Shown in pieces: positions 1-8,353 of a stretch of DNA of 35,637 nucleotides. The stretch is taken from assembly GCA_025963875.1 (NCBI GenBank), contig JAOPZY010000188.1, forward strand, positions 1 to 35,637. The letters are read 5' to 3'. The first letter of the stretch is position 1, and the number at the start of each line of letters is the position of its first letter. A program made the translations under genes and the position numbers. The stretch is from Actinomycetota bacterium (lineage in GTDB: Bacteria; Actinomycetota; CADDZG01; JAHWKV01; JAOPZY01). The notes beneath the pieces are model-generated. The model was given only the letters and a program-made list of their open reading frames with translations. It did no database searches and had not been told where the DNA came from.

Positions 1-132
1 CATGAGAGCCCCCCGCCCGGGGCAAGCGTTCCTCCCAGGGCCATCTCGGCCGTTTCCCGTCGGCGGCAATGAACGTTCCCGTCCGCCACTGCAGGGACTG
101 GGACTGCTTGCCCCGGGCTGGGGGCTCTCATG
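1..132. repeat. 27-bp inverted repeat (1-27 vs 106-132, one mismatch) enclosing 78 nt; may extend beyond the window edge
   Basis: Positions 1-27 read CATGAGAGCCCCCCGCCCGGGGCAAGC; the reverse complement of 106-132 is CATGAGAGCCCCCAGCCCGGGGCAAGC. Confidence 0.9.
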
Positions 133-138
133 CTTGAG

Positions 139-188
139 GGGTAGGGGCCGGGGCGGATCGTGGGGGGCGTTTGCCCCGGCCCCTACTC
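139..188. repeat. Long GC-rich hairpin (14-bp perfect core, about 19 bp with G-U pairs)
   Basis: GTAGGGGCCGGGGC (141-154) pairs with GCCCCGGCCCCTAC (173-186); the loop contains G6 (C6 on the minus strand). Confidence 0.85.
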
Positions 189-271
189 GTCCGGAACGTT
201 TTCAATCGGTTGCGTCAGGCGGGAACGAAGGACTCCAAGAGAACCTCATCTAGGGCACCGGCAATGTGGGA

Positions 272-1063
272 TTAGCGGGCCGCGTTGTGGTCGTACCGCC
301 TGCGGGCCCACAGGTAGCCGAGGGCGGCGATGCCGGCGCACCAGGCGGCGGCAAGGACAGCGCTGCGACCGATCGGGGTGCCGGTGAGCAGGCCGCGCAA
401 CGTATTGATGACTGGGGTGAATGGCTGGTTCTGGGCGAACCAGCGCACACCGGCCGGCATGGAGCCGGTGGGCACGAATGCGCTGCTGACAAACGGCAAC
501 ACGATCATGATGAGCGATAGGCTGTTCGCCCCCTCGGGGGTCTTGGCCTTCAGCCCAAAGGCCACGGCCAGCCAGGTGAGGGCGAGGGTGATTCCGGCAA
601 ACATGCCGGCCGCGGCAACCCATTCGACAGGGGTGGCAGTCGGGCGGAAGCCAAGGGCGAACGCAACGCCGACCACCAGCACGCCGCTGATCATCGTGCG
701 GATGAAGCTTCCGATGACCTGGCCGGTCAGCACCGAGGCACGGGTGATGGCCATGGTACGGAACCGGGCGATGATGCCTTCGTTCATGTCGGTGCAGATG
801 CCCACCGCCGTGGCCGCGGCCCCGGCGCCGGCGGTCATCAGGATGATGCCGGGAGCGAGGTAGTCGATGTAGTGACCACCGACCGCGGAGGGGCCGGTAA
901 GGCCGGCCCGCAACGTGGTGCCGAACACGCCGACGAACAACAGCAGGAAGAAGATTGGCACCATCAAGCCGCTGATCGTCATCGCCGGGTACCGCAGGGA
1001 GTGGCGGACGTTGCGGCGCAACATCGTGGTGGAGTCGCGCAGGGTAAAGGCGAGCGTGCTCAT
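272..1063 (-). CDS. ABC-2 type exporter permease (DrrB-like)
   Basis: About six hydrophobic segments, D..GIIARFRTM.I.R motif, FVSSAFVP..SMP..RWFA..QP motif; directly downstream of the ATPase gene. Confidence 0.93.
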   Translation of the reverse strand: MSTLAFTLRDSTTMLRRNVRHSLRYPAMTISGLMVPIFFLLLFVGVFGTTLRAGLTGPSAVGGHYIDYLAPGIILMTAGAGAAATAVGICTDMNEGIIARFRTMAITRASVLTGQVIGSFIRTMISGVLVVGVAFALGFRPTATPVEWVAAAGMFAGITLALTWLAVAFGLKAKTPEGANSLSLIMIVLPFVSSAFVPTGSMPAGVRWFAQNQPFTPVINTLRGLLTGTPIGRSAVLAAAWCAGIAALGYLWARRRYDHNAAR

Positions 1064-1087
1064 GATCGGTTGTCCTTTACGCAGAAG

Positions 1088-2035
1088 TTATGTGGAAGTG
1101 TTGGGATGGCCGGTCAGGGCGAGGAAGACGTCATCGAGGTCCGCGCTCTGCACCGTGACGCGCTCGACGCGGAGGGCGTGCTGGTCGAGCCGGTCGAGCA
1201 GGGCCACGAGCGACTGAGGGGTGCCGTCGGTCGGGACCTGCAGGACGAGCGTGTCGTTGTCGCGTGACGCATCACCGAGGAGCTCGGCGGCGGCATCCAG
1301 TCCGTTGAGGTCGTGGAAGGAGAGCCGGGCGTGACCACCGGGGATCAGCCGCTTCAGCTCGTCGGGTGTGCCCTCGGCAACCAGATGACCGTGGTCGAGG
1401 ACGGCGATGTGGTCGGCAAGCTCGTCGGCCTCCTCCAGGTTCTGCGTCGTCAGGAAGACGGTGACCCCGGCGCCGACGAGCTCCCGGATGATCTGCCACA
1501 TCGTGAGGCGGCTGCGGGGGTCCAGGCCGGTGGTGGGCTCGTCGAGGAAGATGATGCGTGGGTCGCCGATGAGGGTCATGGCGAGGTCCAGCCGGCGCCG
1601 CATCCCACCCGAATAGGTGGCGACCATCTGCCGCGTCGCATCGACGAGGTCGAACCGGTCGAGCAGCTCGCTGGTGCGGCGGCGACCAAGAGGGCGGTCC
1701 AGGTGGTGGAGATCCGCCATCAACATCAGGTTCTCCTCGCCGGTGAGCAGGTTGTCCACCGCCGAGAACTGGCCGGTGACACCGATTGCGGCGCGCACGG
1801 CGTCGGGTTCGCGGGCCAGATCGAAGCCGGCGATGTGAACTTCGCCGGCGTCAGCGTCGAGGAGGGTCGACAGGATCTGGACGGTGGTGGTCTTTCCGGC
1901 GCCGTTGGGCCCGAGGAGCGAGAAGGTCGTCCCTTCGGCGATGTCGAGGTCGATCCCATCGAGGACGGTCTTCTCCCCGAACGACTTGCGCAGGCCGGCG
2001 ACCTTTAACGCCGGCGGAGCTGTGATGGTGATCAT
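1088..2035 (-). CDS. ABC exporter ATP-binding protein (DrrA-like)
   Basis: Walker A GPNGAGKTT, signature YSGGM, Walker B IIFLDEPTTGLDP, C-terminal LDDVFLALTG; RBS AAGGAG upstream. Confidence 0.95.
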   Translation of the reverse strand: MITITAPPALKVAGLRKSFGEKTVLDGIDLDIAEGTTFSLLGPNGAGKTTTVQILSTLLDADAGEVHIAGFDLAREPDAVRAAIGVTGQFSAVDNLLTGEENLMLMADLHHLDRPLGRRRTSELLDRFDLVDATRQMVATYSGGMRRRLDLAMTLIGDPRIIFLDEPTTGLDPRSRLTMWQIIRELVGAGVTVFLTTQNLEEADELADHIAVLDHGHLVAEGTPDELKRLIPGGHARLSFHDLNGLDAAAELLGDASRDNDTLVLQVPTDGTPQSLVALLDRLDQHALRVERVTVQSADLDDVFLALTGHPNTST

Positions 2036-2044
2036 GGCCCCTCC

Positions 2045-2914
2045 TTACCGGGTCGTTCGGGCGGCGTGGACACGCCGGATCGTGATGTCGCCCATGGCGG
2101 TGCGGGCGCGTACTTCGACCGCGTCTTGCCCCGCTTCAGGATGGCCGGTGTCGTCGAGGTCGCTGTGCACCGTTCCGAAGCTGGTGTTGAGGTCCAGCCA
2201 GGCCGTGACGCCGTCGCGGATTCCGACCTCAATCTTGCCGAGGGCCGTTTCTGCGAGGACTGCACCTCGGGCCACCTCGCCGAGACGGATGTCGCCATTG
2301 GCGGTCTTCGCAGCCACTCCGGCCTCTGCCCGGTCGACAAAGATCTTGCCGTTGGCGGCGTGGACTCGAAGGTCGCCGGTGACCGCGCCGATTCTCGTGT
2401 CTCCGTTGGAGTTCTTGACCACCGCGGTGCCGTCGATGACGCCGATCCCGAGGGCGCCGGAACCCGTCGTGATCTCGGCGTTGCCAGCCGCCCGGTCAAT
2501 GGTGATGTCGCCGAATCCGGTCTTGAGGTCCACGCCCCCAGCCTGGTCAACATGGATCTCGCCGACGCCAGTCCTGAGGCGGCAGTCGCCCAGTCGACCG
2601 GTGCAGTGAAACGCCGCTACTCCCACTTCACCCCGCAGCTGTGAGCCCGCAGGCAGGTCGATCTGCACGACGATCGACTCGCGGCCACCACGAAATGTGT
2701 ACTGCCTCCACCCCTTTGGTGCCTTGATCAGCAGCCTGCCGTTGGCGTACTCCACGCGAGTCTGCTGGGCGGCGGCCACGTCGGCCTTCTTTGCGCTGTC
2801 GCTCGGGCGCACTTCGACGACGGTGTCCGAGCGGTCACTTGCCACGATCCAGATGTCGCCGACGCCCAGCTCCACAGTCACGGAAATGGGTTCGGGCGTG
2901 TCGAAACTAGGCAT
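2045..2914 (-). CDS. DUF4097 family beta-strand repeat (adhesin-like/Toastrack) protein
   Basis: Starts MPSFDTPEPISVTVELGVGDI; repeated xT/NxxGDIxI/L beta units; RBS AAGGAG at 2921-2926 (minus strand) supports the ATG at 2914 rather than the longer ORF-track start. Confidence 0.85.
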   Translation of the reverse strand: MPSFDTPEPISVTVELGVGDIWIVASDRSDTVVEVRPSDSAKKADVAAAQQTRVEYANGRLLIKAPKGWRQYTFRGGRESIVVQIDLPAGSQLRGEVGVAAFHCTGRLGDCRLRTGVGEIHVDQAGGVDLKTGFGDITIDRAAGNAEITTGSGALGIGVIDGTAVVKNSNGDTRIGAVTGDLRVHAANGKIFVDRAEAGVAAKTANGDIRLGEVARGAVLAETALGKIEVGIRDGVTAWLDLNTSFGTVHSDLDDTGHPEAGQDAVEVRARTAMGDITIRRVHAARTTR

Positions 2915-2933
2915 CCCAGTCTCCTTCTCTCGG

Positions 2934-3452
2934 TTAGCGCGCCCAGCCGGTGTAGCGCTGGGTGCCTTGCGGTGAACGTTGTTTGCGCCTGCGGTCGGGG
3001 TCGGTTCGTTCCAGTGCAGCGCTGGCCGCTCGCACCAGCCAGCTGTTGACCGAAAGGCCTTCGCCGGCGGCGGCCTGTTCGATCCGAGCCTTGAGCTGAT
3101 CGGGCATGCGGAGGTTGATCCGCGACATTGCTCCCTCATCGCCCTCGACCGAGCCGGCCGGCTCCCGGGAGCCGGCGTCCTCGGGTTGGTCGTCGACGGA
3201 CAGATCGACGGGCGGTGGCGTCACGACGAACTCGGGGTCACGTCCGCGCAGGCGCAGTTCAACCGACCCCGGAGCAAGCTCGCAGGTGATCTCCTCCGCC
3301 GCCGCCGCCAGCACGTCCTGCAGCGTGAGACGGATCGCTGCGTCCAGTGGTGCCACGAGGCGCTCAGCCAGCGCACGAGCCTCCTCACCGCCGGCCTCGG
3401 CGGCTACCGCAAGCTGGGTTTGGATGTTGTCGATGTAATGTCGTAGGTCCAT
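2934..3452 (-). CDS. Ribbon-helix-helix (HicB-like C-terminal) DNA-binding protein, probable operon autoregulator
   Basis: C-terminal SRINLRMPDQLKARIEQAAAGEGLSVNSWLVRA is RHH-like; N-terminal helical domain; start MDLRHY lies 6 nt after a -10-like hexamer. Confidence 0.8.
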   Translation of the reverse strand: MDLRHYIDNIQTQLAVAAEAGGEEARALAERLVAPLDAAIRLTLQDVLAAAAEEITCELAPGSVELRLRGRDPEFVVTPPPVDLSVDDQPEDAGSREPAGSVEGDEGAMSRINLRMPDQLKARIEQAAAGEGLSVNSWLVRAASAALERTDPDRRRKQRSPQGTQRYTGWAR

Positions 3453-3513
3453 GGCGCCATGATGGCACCAGAGTGGTGCCATGTCAAGAGGATGTGTGCC
3501 AATTGTGATGCCA
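3450..3513 (-). promoter_or_regulatory. Leaderless sigma70-type promoter overlapped by phased TGGYRCCA operator boxes
   Basis: Minus strand TTGACA (3487-3482), N17, CATCAT (3464-3459), N6, ATG; boxes TGGCGCCA 3452, TGGCACCA 3463, TGGTGCCA 3474, degenerate copies near 3494 and 3506. Confidence 0.75.
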
Positions 3514-3654
3514 CGACCTGGTGGACGTTACGCCGGTACCTCCGGGATTTCGATGAGGCTCGGAAGAAATCCGTCGTATGCGCGGGATGATTTCCGCACT
3601 TGCGGACAGGACTGCCTGCGTCAGTTGGAGGCCAACGGGGACCCCGGGGCGGCG

Positions 3655-5913
3655 TCAGTACTCGCGCTGGCGAATCCGTCGCGGTGGCGGCTGCTCGGCC
3701 CGGCGTCCTGGCGGAACCCCGTCGGGGCGCGGCGTGGTCGAAAGGGAAAGAGGAGCAGGAACCACGCTCCCTGCGAAGGCCGGCTCGGCCTCGATCCGCA
3801 GGGTCGGAATCATCCGGTCCAGCCACCGGGGCAGCCACCAGTTCGCCCGTCCCAGCAACTCCATCGTGGCCGGCACGAGCAGCATCCGCACCAGGGTGGC
3901 GTCGACGAGGACGGCGACCGCAAGGCCCAGGCCGATCATCTTGATGATCCGCTCGTCCCCGAGGACGAACGACAGGAACAGCGTGACCATGATCGCCGCT
4001 GCGGCCGTGATCACACGAGCCGTGGACGCCAGGCCCCCGGCGACTGCACTGCTGTTGCCGCCCGTTCGCTGGTACTCCTCCCGGATTCGTGACAGTAGGA
4101 AGACCTCGTAGTCCATCGACAGCCCGAATAGGATGGCGAACAGGATGATGGGGACGAAGGATTCGATGGGCCCCCCACGGTCGATGCCGGCAAGCGAGCC
4201 GAGCCAGCCCCACTGGAACACTGCCACGACGACGCCGTAGGCGGCGCCAATTGAGAGCAGGTTCATCACGACCGCCTTAAGGGGGACGAGGACGGACCGG
4301 AACACCGCCATGAGGAGCAGGAACGACAGCGCCAGGACCCCGGCGATGATGAACGGGAGCCGCACGCTGATGACCCTCGCCATGTCGTAGAAGAGGGGGG
4401 AGATGCCTGCCACATAGACCGTGGCCCCCGTGCCGTTCGTCGTCGACGGGATCACCGAAGCCCGCAGCGTCCGGATCAGCTCGTCGGTGCCCTTCGCCTG
4501 GGGTGCGAACGACGGGAAGACGGCGACGGCGGCCACATCGCCAGCAGCGTTCAACCGGGGAGGGGTGACGATCGCGACGCCGGGTACGCCCGCCAGCCGA
4601 GAAAGCAGCGGCGCGAGGACGCCGACCTGGCCGGGACCGGGCAATGAAGCGACCAGCAGCAGCGGCTCGTTGAACCCCGGCCCGAACCCTTGGGCGAGGA
4701 GGTCGTACGCCCGCCGGGGCGAAGTGGCCGTGGGGTTTGCCCCCGACCCCGCCCATCCCAGCCGGATCGACAGCAGCGGTGTCGCGAGGGCCCCCAGTAT
4801 CAGCAGCGCTGTAATGGCGACCAGCCACGGCCGGCGCTGCACGCCCCGGCTCCAGCGCTCCGCCGCCTTCGATTCCCGCCCACTCGCTCCCCGCCGCAGC
4901 CCAGGGAGACGGAGGCTGTCGATCTTCCTGCCGATGAACCCCAGCACGGCAGGCAGCAGTGTGACCGACGCCACGACCATGACGAGCACCGCGATCGACG
5001 GGCCGACGGCGAACCCGTAGATGAACGGCACGCCCGTGAGCAGCATCGCCATCAGCGCAACGACCACGGTGACGCCCGCCAGCACGACCGACCTGCCAGC
5101 GGTCCCCATCGCCCGTACCACCGCCTCCTCGACATCCATGTCCCGGGCGAGGCCCTCCCTGAAGCGCGTGACGATGAACAGGGCGTAGTCGATCCCGACG
5201 CCGAGGCCCACCATCGACGCCACCTGGGAGGAGAAGCTGTTGATGTCCATGACGTTGGCGACCAGCGCCAGCAGCGCAAATGAGACCCCGACGCCGCACC
5301 CGGCCGTGAGGAGCGGGAGCCCCATGGCGACGGCCGACCCGAAGGCGATCAGCAGGATCACCACGGCGGCCACCAGCCCGACTCCCTCCCGCTCCCCGGG
5401 TCCCTTCGTCTCGGCGAAGCGCACCGACTCCCCCCCGAGCGCAACCTGCACGCCGGGCAGGTGGACGGCGTCGACCTTGTCCCGGATCGCGAACATCACC
5501 GACTTGGGCACCTCGGTGGCCCGGGCGTTGAACTGGATGGTGGCATAGGCGATGTGCCCGTCCCTCGAGACGCCGGCCCCGCCCCCGCCGTAGGGGCTGA
5601 CGACCGTGACGACGTGGGGAAGACCGCCGACGTCAGCGAACAGCCGCTCCATCGGCGCCCGCACGGCGGGGTCGGTCGCGGCGCCGGACGAGCGGAAGGC
5701 GATGATGGCGGTGTCGCCGGCCAGCTCGGGGAAGCGGGCCCGCAGCACGTCGAACGCCCGCTGGGACTCGGTGTTGGGCAGCACCAGGTTGTTGCTCAGC
5801 GCCCCACCGCGTGTGGCGCCGAGCACGCCCACCCCGACGACGGCGACCAGCCACAGGCCGACGACGGCCCGCCGTCGCCGGTAACACCAACGCCCAACCG
5901 CTTCCAGTCCCAC
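3655..5913 (-). CDS. MMPL/RND family membrane transporter
   Basis: Two transmembrane bundles with GLGVGIDYALF and LFGLSMDYEVFLLSRIREE motifs; GTG start at 5913 has GGAGG upstream (alternative start 5931). Confidence 0.93.
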   Translation of the reverse strand: MGLEAVGRWCYRRRRAVVGLWLVAVVGVGVLGATRGGALSNNLVLPNTESQRAFDVLRARFPELAGDTAIIAFRSSGAATDPAVRAPMERLFADVGGLPHVVTVVSPYGGGGAGVSRDGHIAYATIQFNARATEVPKSVMFAIRDKVDAVHLPGVQVALGGESVRFAETKGPGEREGVGLVAAVVILLIAFGSAVAMGLPLLTAGCGVGVSFALLALVANVMDINSFSSQVASMVGLGVGIDYALFIVTRFREGLARDMDVEEAVVRAMGTAGRSVVLAGVTVVVALMAMLLTGVPFIYGFAVGPSIAVLVMVVASVTLLPAVLGFIGRKIDSLRLPGLRRGASGRESKAAERWSRGVQRRPWLVAITALLILGALATPLLSIRLGWAGSGANPTATSPRRAYDLLAQGFGPGFNEPLLLVASLPGPGQVGVLAPLLSRLAGVPGVAIVTPPRLNAAGDVAAVAVFPSFAPQAKGTDELIRTLRASVIPSTTNGTGATVYVAGISPLFYDMARVISVRLPFIIAGVLALSFLLLMAVFRSVLVPLKAVVMNLLSIGAAYGVVVAVFQWGWLGSLAGIDRGGPIESFVPIILFAILFGLSMDYEVFLLSRIREEYQRTGGNSSAVAGGLASTARVITAAAAIMVTLFLSFVLGDERIIKMIGLGLAVAVLVDATLVRMLLVPATMELLGRANWWLPRWLDRMIPTLRIEAEPAFAGSVVPAPLSLSTTPRPDGVPPGRRAEQPPPRRIRQREY

Positions 5914-5982
5914 TCCTGCCTCCCTCCGCACGATCGCAACGGTGGTTGCACTCGCTCCGGCGAGGGGACAAACTAACGCATC

Positions 5983-6651
5983 GTGTCATCTCGTCGCCAA
6001 ACGGCAGCCCAAAGCAAAGCCGGGACCCAAGCCCAGGCCCCCGCTCAGACGCCGCTCCTCGGGGACCGCCTCCTCGACGCGGCGGCCACCGCCGTGGCTC
6101 TCCATGGCCCCGCCCGGACGACGATGGACGACGTCGCCCGGGCGGCCGGCTGCGCCCGCCAGAGCATCTACAAGCACTTCGCGACGAAGGACGAGCTCCT
6201 CACCGCCCTCTTCGCCCGGGAGGTGGAGCGCTACCTCCTGGCCCTCGAGCACATGCTCGCCGAGCGGGGCCGCCACGACGCCTCCGACCTCGAGGAGGCC
6301 TTCGTCTACACCCTCGGGTACCTCCGGGGTCACTCGCTCGTGGGGAGGATCCTCGCCGACCCCCAAGGCATGCTGTCGGTCCTCGCCCTCGGTGACGGCT
6401 CGGTGCTGGAGGCGGTTACCCGGGGCATCGGCCGGGTCCTCGGTGCCCTGGCGGACGACCGGGCGCTCCGAGCTGTCGACGGGGTCCTGGTCGGCGAGAT
6501 CTTCGTCCGGCTCATCGCGTCGTTCCTGCTGCTGCCACGGCTCGCCCTGGACCCGGAGGACGACGAAGCCGTGCGGGCACTCTTCAGAGAGTGCGTGGTC
6601 GAAGGGCTGAGAAGCCCCAGAGTTCGGGGATCGGCCAAGCGGAATGCTTAG
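5983..6651 (+). CDS. TetR/AcrR family transcriptional regulator, divergent from MMPL
   Basis: HTH LLDAA...TTMDDVARAAGCARQSIYKHFATKDELL. Confidence 0.92.
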   Translation: MSSRRQTAAQSKAGTQAQAPAQTPLLGDRLLDAAATAVALHGPARTTMDDVARAAGCARQSIYKHFATKDELLTALFAREVERYLLALEHMLAERGRHDASDLEEAFVYTLGYLRGHSLVGRILADPQGMLSVLALGDGSVLEAVTRGIGRVLGALADDRALRAVDGVLVGEIFVRLIASFLLLPRLALDPEDDEAVRALFRECVVEGLRSPRVRGSAKRNA

Positions 6652-6775
6652 GATTTTTTAAACAACTGATTTCGGCTTCATGTCCAGGCCTTTTCGGCCG
6701 ATCAGCTGTTAGGTTCGCCCAGGGGGGCAGCGGCTGCAATAGCCGTTCACCGACTTTCCGCCAAAGGAGTTTTCT

Positions 6776-8263
6776 ATGCAGCTGGGCCTCGTGTCTCGTC
6801 TCGCGTTCAAGCCGATGTCCAAATTGCTTCTGGTCGCCACCGTGGCCTCGCAAACCGCGCTGTTCGCCGTAGCCGCCGTCCCCGCGGGCGCCGCGCCTGC
6901 GGCAGCGACGGGCACCATCACCGAGTTCCGGCCGGCGGGGATCTCCCAGACGGCGACCAGCGACCCCCTCGGCATCACGAGCGGCCCCGACGGCAACCTC
7001 TGGTTCACCGACGCCGGCGCCAGCACGATCGCCAAGATCAGCCCGAGCGGCTCGGGCCTGGCCGAGTTCAAGACCAACACCGGGGCAGCCTCGCCGGTCG
7101 CCATCACCAAGGGCCCGGACGGCCGGATCTGGTTCACGGAGCTGTCGGGCAGCGTCAACCAGGTGGGCCGCTCCACCACGACCGGCACGCAGAACGAGTT
7201 CGGCATCAACAAGGCCAGCGCCCTGCCCACCAGCATCGTGACCGGCCCCGACGGCCACATGTGGTTCACCGACTTCGGCAACGGCACCATCGGGACCATT
7301 GACCCCAACGCGGCCCCCGGGACGGTCGCCACCACGTTCCCGATCACCGTCCCGACCCTCATGCCCGACTCCATCGCCTCCGGTCCCAACGGCAACCTCT
7401 GGTTCACGGAGCAGGGCGTCAACGGCGGCAAGATCGGCGAGATGACGACGGCAGGGGTCCAGGTCAGCGACACCCAGGCGGCGAGCGGCACGGGCGCCGG
7501 GATCGCCGGCATCACGGTCGGTCCCGACGGCAACCTCTGGTTCACCGAGCAGAACCACGGCCGGATCGGCAGAATGACGCCCACCCACGTCGTGACCGAG
7601 TTCGCGCCGCTCCCGGGCCAGGGCGCACCCACCGCCATCACCGCCGGCTCCGACGGTGCCCTGTGGTTCGTCGACCAGGGCAACAGCGCCATCGGCCGCA
7701 TCACCACCAGCGGGTCGGTCACGGAGTTCTCGGTCCCGACGCCGAACGCGTTCTCGCCCAACGTGCAGCCCACGGGCATCACGTCCGGCCCGGACGGCAA
7801 CATCTGGTTCACCGAGCAGGACACCAAGGCCGCCATCGGGCGACTCATCGTCGCCACCCCGGCACCGGGCACGGTGACCGTCAGCCCCTCGAACGTCGCC
7901 TTCGGCAACGAGAAGGTCGGCACCTCCGGCCCGGCGATCCCCGTCACGCTCAACAACGGCACCACGGCGCCGGTCAGCGTGAGGTCTGTAGCCGTCAGCG
8001 GCGCGAACGCCGGTGACTTCCAGCTCTCGGGCGACTCGTGCTTGGGGGCCAACGTGGCCGGCGGATCGAGCTGCAAGGTGAACGTCACCTTCCACCCGAC
8101 CTCGGCTGGTCCCCGCAGCGCCACCTTGACCTTCAGCGACACCGCCGGCTCGCAGACTGCGTTGCTCATGGGCCAGGGCACGGGCCCGAGCCCCAGCCCC
8201 TGCGACATGAGCCTGCTCAGCATCCTGCTCCGGCTGCTGGGTCTGCTTCCCCCCTGCAAGTAG
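6776..8263 (+). CDS. Secreted Vgb-lyase-like 7-bladed beta-propeller protein with a C-terminal Ig-like (ASH/choice-of-anchor D-like) domain
   Basis: Signal peptide; seven PxxITxGPDGNLWFT repeats; VSPSNVAFG...DF...C...SSCKVNVTFHP...ATLTF Ig-like domain; RBS AAGGAG. Confidence 0.85.
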   Translation: MQLGLVSRLAFKPMSKLLLVATVASQTALFAVAAVPAGAAPAAATGTITEFRPAGISQTATSDPLGITSGPDGNLWFTDAGASTIAKISPSGSGLAEFKTNTGAASPVAITKGPDGRIWFTELSGSVNQVGRSTTTGTQNEFGINKASALPTSIVTGPDGHMWFTDFGNGTIGTIDPNAAPGTVATTFPITVPTLMPDSIASGPNGNLWFTEQGVNGGKIGEMTTAGVQVSDTQAASGTGAGIAGITVGPDGNLWFTEQNHGRIGRMTPTHVVTEFAPLPGQGAPTAITAGSDGALWFVDQGNSAIGRITTSGSVTEFSVPTPNAFSPNVQPTGITSGPDGNIWFTEQDTKAAIGRLIVATPAPGTVTVSPSNVAFGNEKVGTSGPAIPVTLNNGTTAPVSVRSVAVSGANAGDFQLSGDSCLGANVAGGSSCKVNVTFHPTSAGPRSATLTFSDTAGSQTALLMGQGTGPSPSPCDMSLLSILLRLLGLLPPCK

Positions 8264-8310
8264 CCTTGTAGGCTTGCCGGCCCGAAGGCCGGCAAGCCCA
8301 GCAGGGCTAC
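8260..8310 (+). terminator. Strong hairpin after the propeller gene (terminator-like, no U-tract)
   Basis: GGCTTGCCGGCC-CGAA-GGCCGGCAAGCC (8271-8298), extended by GTAGCCTTG/CAGGGCTAC. Confidence 0.65.
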
Positions 8311-8353
8311 GATACGAATCGTCCGGGAGCAGCAACCAACCTCGGAGGTTCTC

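Noticed and set aside
20..215. LacI-type operator-like AANCGNTT words
   Set aside because: Matches are degenerate, mostly lie within the hairpin region, and there is no LacI gene or visible target in the window
2934..3452. HicAB toxin-antitoxin system
   Set aside because: Only an RHH-type domain is present and no HicA-like toxin ORF is adjacent
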